NCBI GenBank assembly: GCA_004022145.1
Contig: RCNU01000001.1
Source: Paecilomyces variotii
Taxonomy: Eukaryota
DNA length: 64,000 bases
Direction: 5' to 3' (one strand)
Under the pieces are notes generated by a model. The model was given only the letters and a program-made list of their open reading frames with translations, was not told where the DNA came from and made no database searches. Below, one piece after another: positions 1-10,488 of this stretch (position 1 is its first letter; every line of letters begins with the position of its first letter). Position numbers and translations under genes: made by a program.

Positions 1-19
1 GACAAGATATGTCGGCCAG

Positions 20-828
20 TGCGAGTTCATGACGATGAACTTTGCCATGCAAGCCATCGATCACATCATCAACTCTGCCGCTAAGACTCACTACATGTCT
101 GGTGGTATCCAGCCCTGCAACGTTACTTTCCGTGGACCTAACGGCTTCGCTGCCGGTGTCGCCGCCCAGCACTCCCAGGACTACTCCGCCTGGTATGGTA
201 GCATTCCCGGTCTCAAGGTCCTGGCTCCCTGGAGCGCCGAGGACGCCAAGGGTCTTCTGAAAGCTGCTATTCGGGACCCCAACCCTGTGGTTTTCTTGGA
301 GAATGAGTATGTGCTCAATTAAGTCCCAGATGATCTCGAGTGCTGACCACAGATAGGCTCATGTACGGTCAATCCTTCCCCATGAGCGAGGCTGCTCAGA
401 AGGACGACTTTGTGCTGCCCATCGGCAAGGCCAAGATTGAGCTTCCTGGAAAGGATCTCACTATTGTTTCTCTCTCCCGTTGCGTCGGACTGTCGCTCAA
501 TGCCGCCGCCGAGCTCAAGCAGAAGTACGGAGTCGAGGCTGAAGTCATCAACCTCCGCTCGATCAAGCCCCTCGACGTCGAGACTATTATGAAGTCCTTG
601 AAGAAGACTGGCCGCCTCATGGCCGTCGAATCCGGCTTCCCTATGTACGGTGTTTCATCCGAGATCCTGGCTCTGGCCATGGAGTACGGCTTCGACTACC
701 TGACTGCCCCTGCCGTCCGTGTTACCGGTGCCGATGTCCCCACCCCCTACGCTGCCAAGCTGGAGGAGCTGAGCTTCCCTCAGCAGGATACGGTAGTCGG
801 CCAGGCCGTCAAGCTGCTGCGGTTGTAG
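20..828 (+). CDS. PDB1: Pyruvate dehydrogenase E1 beta subunit, 3' part. Exons 20-306 and 357-828; the 5' exons lie outside the window.
   Basis: Motifs [35 protein letters not shown] and [13 protein letters not shown]. Intron 307-356 (gtatgt..ctgac..tag) joins the two ORFs in frame as ENE/LMYG. Confidence 0.96.
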
Positions 829-970
829 ATGGGAGCGCAGGAGGAGTCAAGATCTATTAATATATTGTCATGTGCCCAGTACCCTTTCATTTTTCACTAG
901 TCAAGCCTGAGGAATTGTACGACTAGAACGTTCTACCAATTTTACATCCCTCACCACTTCTAATGACCGA

Positions 971-1348
971 ATGAGGTTCCCTGTGTTGGTTCACATGTAT
1001 CTGTTCATCAAACATCATGCATGGATTTCCTTCTGCGAGCGACTGGCTGGGTCACATACGATCCGATGTGGCCATTTCCAGACCCCTCCAGTAGCCTGTT
1101 TGATATGACTCCGGCGGGTTGAGGTGTTTCGGGCGTGTCAACCCGCTGCGTTTTCCAATGCATCGACTATTTCCGAGGAGATCGATCAGACATGCTGACT
1201 GGAGCGTATATCGTCCCCTGAAAGCGCTTGGCTCTCAGTGCAGTGGAGCGCTTCTGTGGATCACCGGAGATATCGCTCGTAAGCTCGAATTTGGGGGCTC
1301 AGCGGGTATGTGAAACCCCTTTCCCTATCAATTCCAGTGGTTCCTCAT
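971..1348 (+). ncRNA. Candidate structured RNA of unknown class (independent ncRNA or PDB1 3'-UTR element)
   Basis: At least six nested or adjacent helices read by eye, several with G-U pairs that form only on the + strand. No credible ORF. Confidence 0.45.
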
Positions 1349-1400
1349 GTGCCCGTATCGCCTCCACGCGACTTTGCTCGTCGTATATTCTGTAGTAAAT

Positions 1401-2099
1401 TCATGAAACAGTAACTCCGTTCATACCTGCGCACCCAACTGGACAGTCCGTAGGTCTTCTCGGGTCATAATACTCCTCATCCGTATCACTTTCCGCATCG
1501 ACATCCACTTCCTTCACCTGGGATGACCTGGCACGATCTCGCACATCTGCCGATGTACTTTCATCCTCGTCATCATCAGCCAACACATTTTTCTTCACTG
1601 GAGGCGCCGGAGCAGCCGGTCCCTTGACGGTGGTGAACGAGCTCTTGAATCCCCCCTTCTTAAAGCCACCACCGGTCCCCGTCTTCGTTCCCGCACTTGT
1701 CTCTTTCGTATCGACAACGCGTAATCCAGCTTCCTCGTCTGCCTTCCTTGCATCCTGTTTAGCTCTTTCTGCCGCGTTTGGATCGCGCGAGAGCTGTTTC
1801 AGATCCCGTAGGCGCTTGCGGTGTTGGTGGTCATAGGATCCAATATGTGCTTCGTACTCGGGATGGCGCGAGTAGGACTTATTGCAAAGTGTGCAGGTGA
1901 AGGAACTCAGTGCTGATCGCGCGGAGTCAGTCTGGAAAGGGTTAGCTATCGAGAATGCGCGCGGGAATCCGTTGGGATGGTTGAAAGGTACCTTTGGTGC
2001 TGGGTTCGTGAACCCACGCTGCAACGGTTAGTTTTGTTTCTTCAAGTAGCCTGGTCAAATTTCATGTATTGAGGAGACGGAAAGACTTACAGGAGCCAT
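1401..2099 (-). CDS. C2H2 (U1/matrin-like) zinc-finger protein resembling the GPATCH8/ZNF804 finger. Exons 2099-2091 and 2018-1401.
   Basis: FTCTLCNKSYSRHPEYEAHIGSYDHQHRKRLRDLKQ. A 9-nt first exon (ATG GCT CCT) and intron 2090-2019 (gtaagt..ctaac..cag) give MAP/RGFTNP. Confidence 0.85.
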
Positions 2100-2847
2100 C
2101 GTTGGGGTTCTCTGGTCGATTAACTTGGCAACGCAAGAAGATGAACGCGGGGGCGCAAGTGCGGCCTTTGGAGAGTCGAAAGGCGACTGTTGGAATTATT
2201 GTGGTTATAACTTCAAAATGACAGTATGACGCTTCTGAAATCGATGATTTAATTCATGGAACGACAGTTGTGGCCGATATTAGCGTAATGTATTCCGGGT
2301 AGGAACAGTGTAGAGTACGAAGGTCATGTCTTCGCGATGGCGGCCATCTGCCGAGCGGAAGAGCCCCGGGAGTCGCTCACCGCCTTTAGCTGGCGGGATT
2401 TACTATATCTGAAACCAACGCTCTGGCAGCAGTTGTTCCTACGGGTGAATATTATGGAATATCTTTCTGATATTATACAGAGCCTCGATGCATGTGCTAC
2501 GTAGTATATCAGCTTTCAAGTCTAACGGTCAATAGTGGTTATTGTTATTGTTATTTAGTTGATTGAACTACTGACCGTTTTCCCCGGTTTCTGTGGTGGG
2601 CCAATCATATCTCCGCAGTCACCGCTGACCAATGGAAACCGCGGGAAATCAAGGCCGAGCTTGTTTTACTGGGATTCTGCGAAACTGCTAGGAATTGCAT
2701 GGAAATAGACGCTCAACTCTTTTGCACTCTGTTCTTCACCCGATGGCCGACTGTTATGGGCCCTTCTCATAGTTAATGAGTCTACGTACACTAATATTCC
2801 TTATATGAAGCCTCTGCAATTCCATTGACGAGAGAGACACCCAAACC

Positions 2848-3929
2848 ATGAACAATATGAAGGACGGCGGACCGGATGAAGCCGATGCCCGATCTCTGAT
2901 TTCAATGCAGGAGCTCGATCCATCGCCAGTGGAAGATCAACCCCCAGATCTTGAGTCTGGGGGCTATTTCCCCAAAGATGCGGATGCTGCTACTCCCAAG
3001 CGGGATGGGACGGTGTCCCATTTCTCATTCCCAAAGCTCGGTCTGAGCGGACATCGGTGGGACTACTGGCGTATGGCCTCCATATCCCAGCCAGGTGGAT
3101 TGGACTTGAATTAGCATGATTGTTACTAACCGCTTCAATAGTATCCGCAGTCCAGAGATATTCCACCTATCCGCCGTCTGCCTTCTTCGTTCTTCACATC
3201 GCCAACACCTCCCTCATCCCGCTCGTGACACGTTCCGTACCCGCAAGTGAGAGTTATCTACTTCTCACAAGGCCAATATATCAGTCCATCCCGCTTGAAC
3301 ATATCATGCTCACCGTGCCGATTCTCGCGCACATCGCCAGTGGAGTGACCCTACGGAGTATCCGCGCTCGACGACGCGCGCGCCTCTACGGAGCCGAGAC
3401 GAGGGCACAGAGATCCCTCCTCAAGTCTTGGCCGGTCGTGAGTGTCCAGTCGAGACTGGGATACTTGCTTCTCCCGTTGCTGGGAACACATGTGTTGGTG
3501 AACCGTCTTGTGCCATTGAAAGTGGAGGGCGGAAGCTCGGGTGTCGGACTCGGATACGTCGCCCATGGCTTCGCACGGAGTCCGGTTTTTTGGAGCCTTT
3601 ACTATATCATTTTCGTGGCTGCCGGAGTATGGCATATTGTCGGCGGCTGGGCCGCATGGAGGGGTTGGAGAGTGACAACGGCCCGGAAGAGTCGCGGAGA
3701 AGGACACGTTATCCACGGCGGATATCTGGGATATATGGAGAGCCAGGAACAGCAGAAGCGACGAAGACGGATGTGGTGGATTGTCAATGGAATTGCGGCT
3801 TTAGGCACAGCTCTTTGGCTTGCGGGAGGCTTAGGAGTCGTGGGATACGGCGGGAAGGGCTCCGGCTGGGAGGCGAAGAATTGGGATGAGCTGTATAAAA
3901 ATGTGCCTGTGATTGGGGCCTGGCTATGA
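2848..3929 (+). CDS. MCP1: Mitochondrial outer-membrane Vps13 adaptor Mcp1-like protein (DUF1691). Exons 2848-3070 and 3142-3929.
   Basis: Multi-TM protein with His-containing helices (VLHIANTS, LAHIASG, GTHVLVNR, VWHIVGG) and an N-terminal PxP motif. Intron 3071-3141 (gtatgg..tactaac..tag). Confidence 0.75.
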
Positions 3930-4351
3930 TGAACGACAACGACTGTAAAGTATGTAGAGTACATGATAATTCTAATAATATAACGTATATTTTTGGACAG
4001 TTATACTTCTACAGAATCACTAAAGTTGTTATAGGTTTGTAAGTATCATATAAGTTCAATATGCGTATGATTTATAGATATCAGTCCCCATTCCATGAAC
4101 TACCAGAGAATGCAATTAATGCAGAATGTTAGCTCAGTTTGTCTTTTCATGTACCTATACCGAGTACAATTACTATTTACTCTAGATGTTCGGAGCCTAA
4201 CACAGAAGCCCGCTCATGTGGCCCGTGCACCGAAATTTTACAAAGAAATGATGCTTCCGTCTAGAAACTCCGCAATGCGATCAATTGTAGGTCTGCAGAA
4301 TGCACGGCCTGGCATCCGGTTTATGAGCCTATTTTCTCAAAGCTAGAGCCA

Positions 4352-6730
4352 ATGTTCCTGGCTCCTTCATTTTCATTTTCATTTTCATTTCACCATATAA
4401 AAGCACGATGCGCAATCTGCACGCGACTACCATTTCGATCTAATCGTCTGAACCGCCGAACGATATTCCAAGCGACCAAGAAACAGTTTGCAGAACCTCC
4501 ACTCCTGTCATTTCGATATATCCAGCTACGATCATTTTCCGCAAAAGCCACAGTCATGACGGCTTCTCCCTCTCCAGCGGCAGCGGCGGCTCCGCAGATT
4601 GTTCAGGTCGGGGATAAAGAATATGAAGCTGTTAAGGAGGGGCTGGCCTATATCCTGAACCCGCGTCCGAAAGACGCACCGAAGAAATCACAGAAAGGTC
4701 CCAAGGGAGAGACAACACAGCAGTCGGTGTTCTATAACCCGATTCAGCAATTTAACCGCGATCTGAGCGTGTTGGCGATCAAGGCATACGGTGAACATGT
4801 CTTGGCTGTGAAGAAGGAGAAGCTTGAAAAGAAAAAGCAGAGGATCGCACAAAATGGATTCGCGAAGGGGAAGAAGCGCAAGAGGGGAAATCAGGAGGGG
4901 GATGAGGATGCTGGGAAGGTTGTCCCTGATCAGGTTGATAATGCTGCTGCTACTTCTGAAGCTACTGCCGATCAACCTTCGGAGACTAGTGGTGTTGCTG
5001 TTCCCTCGGAGGAGAAGCCTTTGTCTTTCACGATTCTAGACGCTTTGTCTGCTACGGGTCTCCGTGCGCTGCGTTATGCGAAGGAAATTCCATTTGCGAC
5101 TTGTATCGTCTCAAACGACCTATCGCCTTCCGCTGTCCAGTCGCAGAAGATCAACATCGAATATAACAAGGTGGAGGACAAGGTGAAACCAAACAGCGGC
5201 GATGCATGTGCCTATATGTACAGTCGCAACGGCCCTCACGACTCCGGTGACAGTGGTCGTAAAGGGAGATTTGATGTTATTGATCTGGACCCGTATGGCA
5301 CTGCCGCTCCCTTCATGGATGCTGCAGTACAGGCAGTCAATGACGGAGGTCTCCTGTGTGTGACTTGCACAGATGCTGGAGTTTGGGCCTCGAATGGATA
5401 CCCAGAGAAAGCGTTCGCTCTATACGGTGGTATCACCGTAAAAGGCTCCCATTCGCACGAAGGTGGGCTGCGTCTTATCCTTCACGCGCTTGCCACATCT
5501 GCTGCAAAATACGGACTCGCAATTGAACCGCTGCTATCACTATCAATTGACTTCTATGCCCGAGTATTTGTCCGCGTGTACAAATCTCCCGCAGAGGTCA
5601 AGTTCATCTCAGCCAACACGATGCTGGTCTATAACTGTGACTCCGGTTGTGGTGCTTGGTCCATCCAGCCTCTCAGTCAAACGAAGCAGAAGCCCGATAA
5701 GAAGGGAAATCCTTTCTGGACTTTCGGCTACGCGCAAGGCCCAACAGCAGCGCCGCATTGCGAGCACTGCGGCTTCAAAACTCACCTTGGCGGACCTATG
5801 TGGGGAGGACCTCTTCATAACCCTCATTTCATCCAAAAGATTCTCGACATGCTACCTGGAATTGACAGAGACACTTATCACACCGTCGACCGGATCGAAG
5901 GCATGCTGACGACGGCTCTGGAAGAGGATCTCGACGTGGGTCCCTCCAAGACACCAGGTTCTACTCCTGAACCAGGTCAGGAACAGGACGTTACAGTCAC
6001 TGCTGAACGATCCCCCATCATCCCTCGCATGGATCCAGCTCAACGGGAGCCTCATCCCTTCTTTTTCAGCGTCAGCGCTCTGTCTAAGGTCCTCCACACC
6101 CAAACAATGCCCGTCGACGCCTTCCGCGGTGCTCTCAGACACCTCGGCTACCGTTCAACTCGCAGCCACACCAAACCAAACACCATCCGAACAGACGCTC
6201 CCTGGGACGTTATCTGGGAAATCATGCGCGAATGGGTACGGCAGAAATCCCCCATAAAAGAGGGAGCCCTCAAGCCCGGAACCGCAGGCGCAGCGATTAT
6301 GAAAAAGAGCCGAGAGAACCTCAGAAAGTTTGACGAAACGGACCACCCACTATCCCTACTCAAGCAAGAAATCACAGCCGCGGTGGAAAGTGGCAGAAAC
6401 ATCAACGAGCTCACAACCAAAATCGAAGCTGCGCTCTACCGCTCCGGTGCACGACAGCGACTCGGAAAAGATACCGTTGGAACAGATACAGAGATGAAAG
6501 ATGCCACAGAGCAGGTGTCTCCATCCGAGGAGGAGACTGCTCGCGGATCCAGAGCGGGAAGTCCATCGGCTGCTCAGAGACCACATCCCAGCACGCTGAA
6601 TATCGTATTCGATGAAGCACTAGGAAGAGAAGCCTCCGATGCTCAAACGAAGAAACGACTTGTGAGATATCAGATCAATCCGCGAGAGAACTGGGGTCCG
6701 CTCAGCAGGGCTTCAGGGAGTACGAGGTAG
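4352..6730 (+). CDS. TRM1: tRNA (guanine26-N2,N2)-dimethyltransferase
   Basis: VFYNPIQQFNRDLS, ILDALSATGLRALRY, FDVIDLDPYG, GGLLCVTCTD. Intronless ORF. Confidence 0.96.
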   Translation: MFLAPSFSFSFSFHHIKARCAICTRLPFRSNRLNRRTIFQATKKQFAEPPLLSFRYIQLRSFSAKATVMTASPSPAAAAAPQIVQVGDKEYEAVKEGLAYILNPRPKDAPKKSQKGPKGETTQQSVFYNPIQQFNRDLSVLAIKAYGEHVLAVKKEKLEKKKQRIAQNGFAKGKKRKRGNQEGDEDAGKVVPDQVDNAAATSEATADQPSETSGVAVPSEEKPLSFTILDALSATGLRALRYAKEIPFATCIVSNDLSPSAVQSQKINIEYNKVEDKVKPNSGDACAYMYSRNGPHDSGDSGRKGRFDVIDLDPYGTAAPFMDAAVQAVNDGGLLCVTCTDAGVWASNGYPEKAFALYGGITVKGSHSHEGGLRLILHALATSAAKYGLAIEPLLSLSIDFYARVFVRVYKSPAEVKFISANTMLVYNCDSGCGAWSIQPLSQTKQKPDKKGNPFWTFGYAQGPTAAPHCEHCGFKTHLGGPMWGGPLHNPHFIQKILDMLPGIDRDTYHTVDRIEGMLTTALEEDLDVGPSKTPGSTPEPGQEQDVTVTAERSPIIPRMDPAQREPHPFFFSVSALSKVLHTQTMPVDAFRGALRHLGYRSTRSHTKPNTIRTDAPWDVIWEIMREWVRQKSPIKEGALKPGTAGAAIMKKSRENLRKFDETDHPLSLLKQEITAAVESGRNINELTTKIEAALYRSGARQRLGKDTVGTDTEMKDATEQVSPSEEETARGSRAGSPSAAQRPHPSTLNIVFDEALGREASDAQTKKRLVRYQINPRENWGPLSRASGSTR

Positions 6731-7227
6731 GAAGAGGAAGTGATTAAACGAATGCAAATCCGATAGGAGCCCTATGAAGGAAAATATGTACTGTACTGTA
6801 CTGTACAAGTATGTATTCCTGCATCTATATCGTCAATTCATCTATTTATATATTTCGATCATTTCCATTCAGGTCATTAATCAACCTAGAGCATGCGTTC
6901 TATTCTTTTAGCGGTTGATTATTTTCAAATCTTAATGGGGAGATCCAATCGTCTCTCAACTTACTAGCTGTAGAGATATTCAGAAAGGACCAAACAAGAG
7001 ATCAGCGAACGACATATCGACGACCACCTCGTGGATATAATACAATACGCCAATTGTATAGTCGGAACAGCTAGTTAACTCGTCAAACACTAATGTACAT
7101 ACATACATACATGGATATCCAAGGATCCTGTCCTCTTTTGTTTTTTATCTATGAGAAGTAGAAAAGTAAAGAATAAACTTAACTCCCTCCGTCCTCCCTT
7201 TTTGATACAATAGTTACGCAGAAATAG

Positions 7228-9231
7228 TTAATAACTTGATGATGATGACATATCCTGTGAAGAATGCGAGGAGTCTGGCTCTTCTTCTTCTTCCTGTAAG
7301 GGATCCCGATGATCATACGATATTCCATCCATAAGAGGGATCTCGACTTCGAGTTCTTTATGTTGTCTGTACACTCCCATCGCATCTGGGATTTGGGCGG
7401 CAGCGTTTCTGACGAACCACATCCACCCAACCCAGTATAACCCGCCTGAGGCCAGTACTGCAAGTCCCGTAGCAGGGTAGGCATAGTACGGGAAAGAATT
7501 GTCGCCTTTACCGCCCAGGGGACTGATCCAAGGCAGGATGAGAAGAAGGCAGTTTGCGACGAGGAATATGACAATGTAGACAGTACGTGCTCTGTAGTGG
7601 ATCGAGGAGGACTTTCTGTATTCGAGCCGGGAACGGTGCAAATAGAGCAAGCCGCCTGCGACAGAGACGCTGATGACACTAACTGGGTATCCGCCGATGT
7701 CGACGAGAAAGGCGTAGATCTCTCCTGGTGGCACGAGGATTACGATCACGGAAACTAACCAGTGAAGAAGCAGACCGGCGACAGGGGCGTGGTCTTTATC
7801 AGTACCTGTTTTGGGGCCACGAGAAACCCAGAGTGAAGGGAAAGGTAGCAGTCCGTCCTTTCCTAGCTCCTGGTTGACACGACTCTGCGCAAATGATGTT
7901 GCGGCGATGTTTCCGTAGGCGCTGAGGATGATCAAAAGGGGAAGGATTCGTTCTCCAACGACAGGACCGAATATGTTGCCGAAGAAATGGGCTCCGACTA
8001 TCGCTCCAGAGGCTTTGAAATCGTCCTTGTCCACCACAAGGAAATATGCGATGTTCACCAGTATATAGCTGACGGAGACAAGTGCCAGGGCGACTGGTGC
8101 CGCTACACGGAGCGTTCTCGAGGGGTTCTTCACTTCAGACAGGACCTGGTTTGCGGTGTTGTAACCCCTGAAACAGTAAAGCACTTTGAGAAGAGCCGTG
8201 GCATAATCATATGGTTGCATTGATGAGCCTGCCCAGATGCCGGAGAAGTTCTGTTGCGCTATACTTTCGGGAATAGATATAACGTCTGACTGGTCTGTGG
8301 ACTGCCCCGGGTTTATGATATGTTCGTCAGGCCCGCTGCTCAATTGCCAGAAAGCACTCAGGAATCCCAAAGCGACGACGATGACGATGATAAGCATCTT
8401 GAGTATTCCAAGGATATTTATCGTTTTCACACCCACTGCCGGCAGACGGGCGTGAATAAAACATGAGAGGGTGATGGCAGCAACTGCTATGGATCGCGCG
8501 TTCCAGCCATTCGGTGTTCCCCCGATGATATAAACGGCATATTGTCCAAGCACAATGCAGTTTGGAGCGCTGAATCCCAGCAGCACGACATATGCCATGA
8601 ACATGCAAGTAGCGAACATGTAAGGGCGGCGAAAGATCCGCTCGAGGTATACTCGTTCGCCTCCGGACCGCGGTATCGCGGTGCCCAGGTCCAGATAGAC
8701 CGTCAACCCGCAGAAGGATATAAGTGCCCCAAGGATCCAGACAGAAAGCGACATTCCAACCGAACCAACACCAGCAAATATAGATGACGGAACTGAGAAG
8801 ACGCCCACGCCAAGCGTTTTCCCTATGATGATATTGATGGCGGAAAAGGTTCCAAGTTTGTCCTGTGTGATACTGTTTGCTGGCGTGTATCCAGGAGAGA
8901 TAGGGCGTGGTGTAAGAGGAGATAGCGGCCATGTGTTTTCCTCCCAAGAGCTATTCCTGAGCACAGCCAGTCCTCCATCGCCAGGTGTTATGGGACCAAG
9001 CTTTCTATCCCGCGCATCATCGTCATCCTTTGAACCTTGCGGTATTGACGCTAACCTGGAGTTAGGATTTAGATATTGTTTGCCATTTTGGTGTAAGCGC
9101 GGCGTCGTTGGAGTCCGGAGAACAATGTCATTGAATGATGGACTGAGAAGAGGAGAAGTAGCAGTCGCTATGCTTTCGCCTAAGAACGTTCGAGAGACGC
9201 GCCGGATATCATGAACTAAAGGTTTAGACAT
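7228..9231 (-). CDS. APC/LAT-family amino-acid permease, high-affinity methionine permease-like
   Basis: About 12 hydrophobic segments; IIGKTLGVGVFSVPSSI, YLDLGTAIPRSGGERVYL, SRVNQELGKDGLLPF. First ATG is at 9231 (MSKPL); the ORF track start at 9261 is not ATG. Confidence 0.88.
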   Translation of the reverse strand: MSKPLVHDIRRVSRTFLGESIATATSPLLSPSFNDIVLRTPTTPRLHQNGKQYLNPNSRLASIPQGSKDDDDARDRKLGPITPGDGGLAVLRNSSWEENTWPLSPLTPRPISPGYTPANSITQDKLGTFSAINIIIGKTLGVGVFSVPSSIFAGVGSVGMSLSVWILGALISFCGLTVYLDLGTAIPRSGGERVYLERIFRRPYMFATCMFMAYVVLLGFSAPNCIVLGQYAVYIIGGTPNGWNARSIAVAAITLSCFIHARLPAVGVKTINILGILKMLIIVIVVALGFLSAFWQLSSGPDEHIINPGQSTDQSDVISIPESIAQQNFSGIWAGSSMQPYDYATALLKVLYCFRGYNTANQVLSEVKNPSRTLRVAAPVALALVSVSYILVNIAYFLVVDKDDFKASGAIVGAHFFGNIFGPVVGERILPLLIILSAYGNIAATSFAQSRVNQELGKDGLLPFPSLWVSRGPKTGTDKDHAPVAGLLLHWLVSVIVILVPPGEIYAFLVDIGGYPVSVISVSVAGGLLYLHRSRLEYRKSSSIHYRARTVYIVIFLVANCLLLILPWISPLGGKGDNSFPYYAYPATGLAVLASGGLYWVGWMWFVRNAAAQIPDAMGVYRQHKELEVEIPLMDGISYDHRDPLQEEEEEPDSSHSSQDMSSSSSY

Positions 9232-10488
9232 TAAGATGACTCCTAGACCTGGGGAATGCAAGAGAAGAGATAGAAACGTATCACGGGTTGTGAACAGAAC
9301 GTAACAGAGGAGTGGAGTGAAATATCGATGACCCAGACCCGACTTCCACAGTTACCTAGGCAGAGAGGGCGCAAAGCGAGTGCGTTGACAAGAGATCGAG
9401 AAAGAAAGAAAATTGTCGTGGACCGGTTTCTTTGTAGATGACAAAAAAGGACTGAACAAGGCTGATGTTCCCTGACAATAACGTGAAACCTTTAACTAAT
9501 ATCCTAGACTAGTATAACACTTTCAAGAAACAACAAAAAGTGATCTGATCGACGAGCATGTGGTGGTCGATCGCTGTAGAGCACTTCCCAAAGCTGATGC
9601 GAGCAACAAAAGAGCTAATGATTATCTGATCAAGATGAGACCAGGAGGAAACTGAAGTCTGAAACGAGCACTGCACCATTATATCCATGGCGCGCAGCAT
9701 TCGACTGACTCAAGTGGTGAGTATCTATCGATCCGCCAACCCAGGACAAAGGGTCATTGGGGAAAGTGAATAAGATCAGCTGCGCCGCGTCACAAATAAG
9801 GATTTCATATTGGAACTTTACCTCGTTCACCTGAAGTGTATGGGATTTGGCGATGATCTATTATCTGTTGGTGGTTAGCAGATACGCAACACGCAATATG
9901 GGAGAGCGGCAAACAACGTCTCCAGTACGGCGTTTCAACCATCCGCCGGCGTCTCAGCCCAGGCCAATCAATCTCCGAAAGAGGATAAGAATAGTTCAAG
10001 CTGCACGCAATGCTGGTCTCGCATTGCTTTGGAATGTGCCATCCTATTGGGATTCACCTCGCCTCTAATTCTCTGATCTCGCAGCAAACATGTTCGAGAT
10101 CCGGAAAAGTCGGATGTGATTGTGGATGTGGCAGAAAGGACGACAAACAACGCTTTTTCCTAGAGAAGACAGCTAGGGCCTGGAAGATTTCTGAACTTGT
10201 TGTAATAATAATAATAATAATATCATATTCTAAACTCATTACAGTAAATGTAGACATGCTGGACCTTCCTCATTGGTCGGAAAAATTAGTAAACGAAAAC
10301 AATAACTATCATGCTATCTAACCTCATTATCTGCATAAAAGAAAAATAATAAACAGTTGTCAAGCAGAACATCCTGCCATCAAACAAATGTAGATGTGCC
10401 TCTATCACTTTTTTCGCACCTTCGAAATCGTGCTTGCAATGACACACGCCCAACTAAAGGTTGGCTTTTGCGGTTTATGCTACATGAA

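Noticed and set aside
1211-1301. gtcccc ... ggggctca resembling RNase MRP P4
   Set aside because: Lacks the GAAA of CR-I, and the spacing and topology do not fit MRP. The region is kept as an unassigned structured element.
6787-10221. Short tandem repeats (tgtac)4 at about 6787, (taca)n at about 7096 and (taa)6 at about 10203
   Set aside because: Ordinary microsatellites; no spacer structure or terminal repeats, so neither CRISPR nor mobile element.
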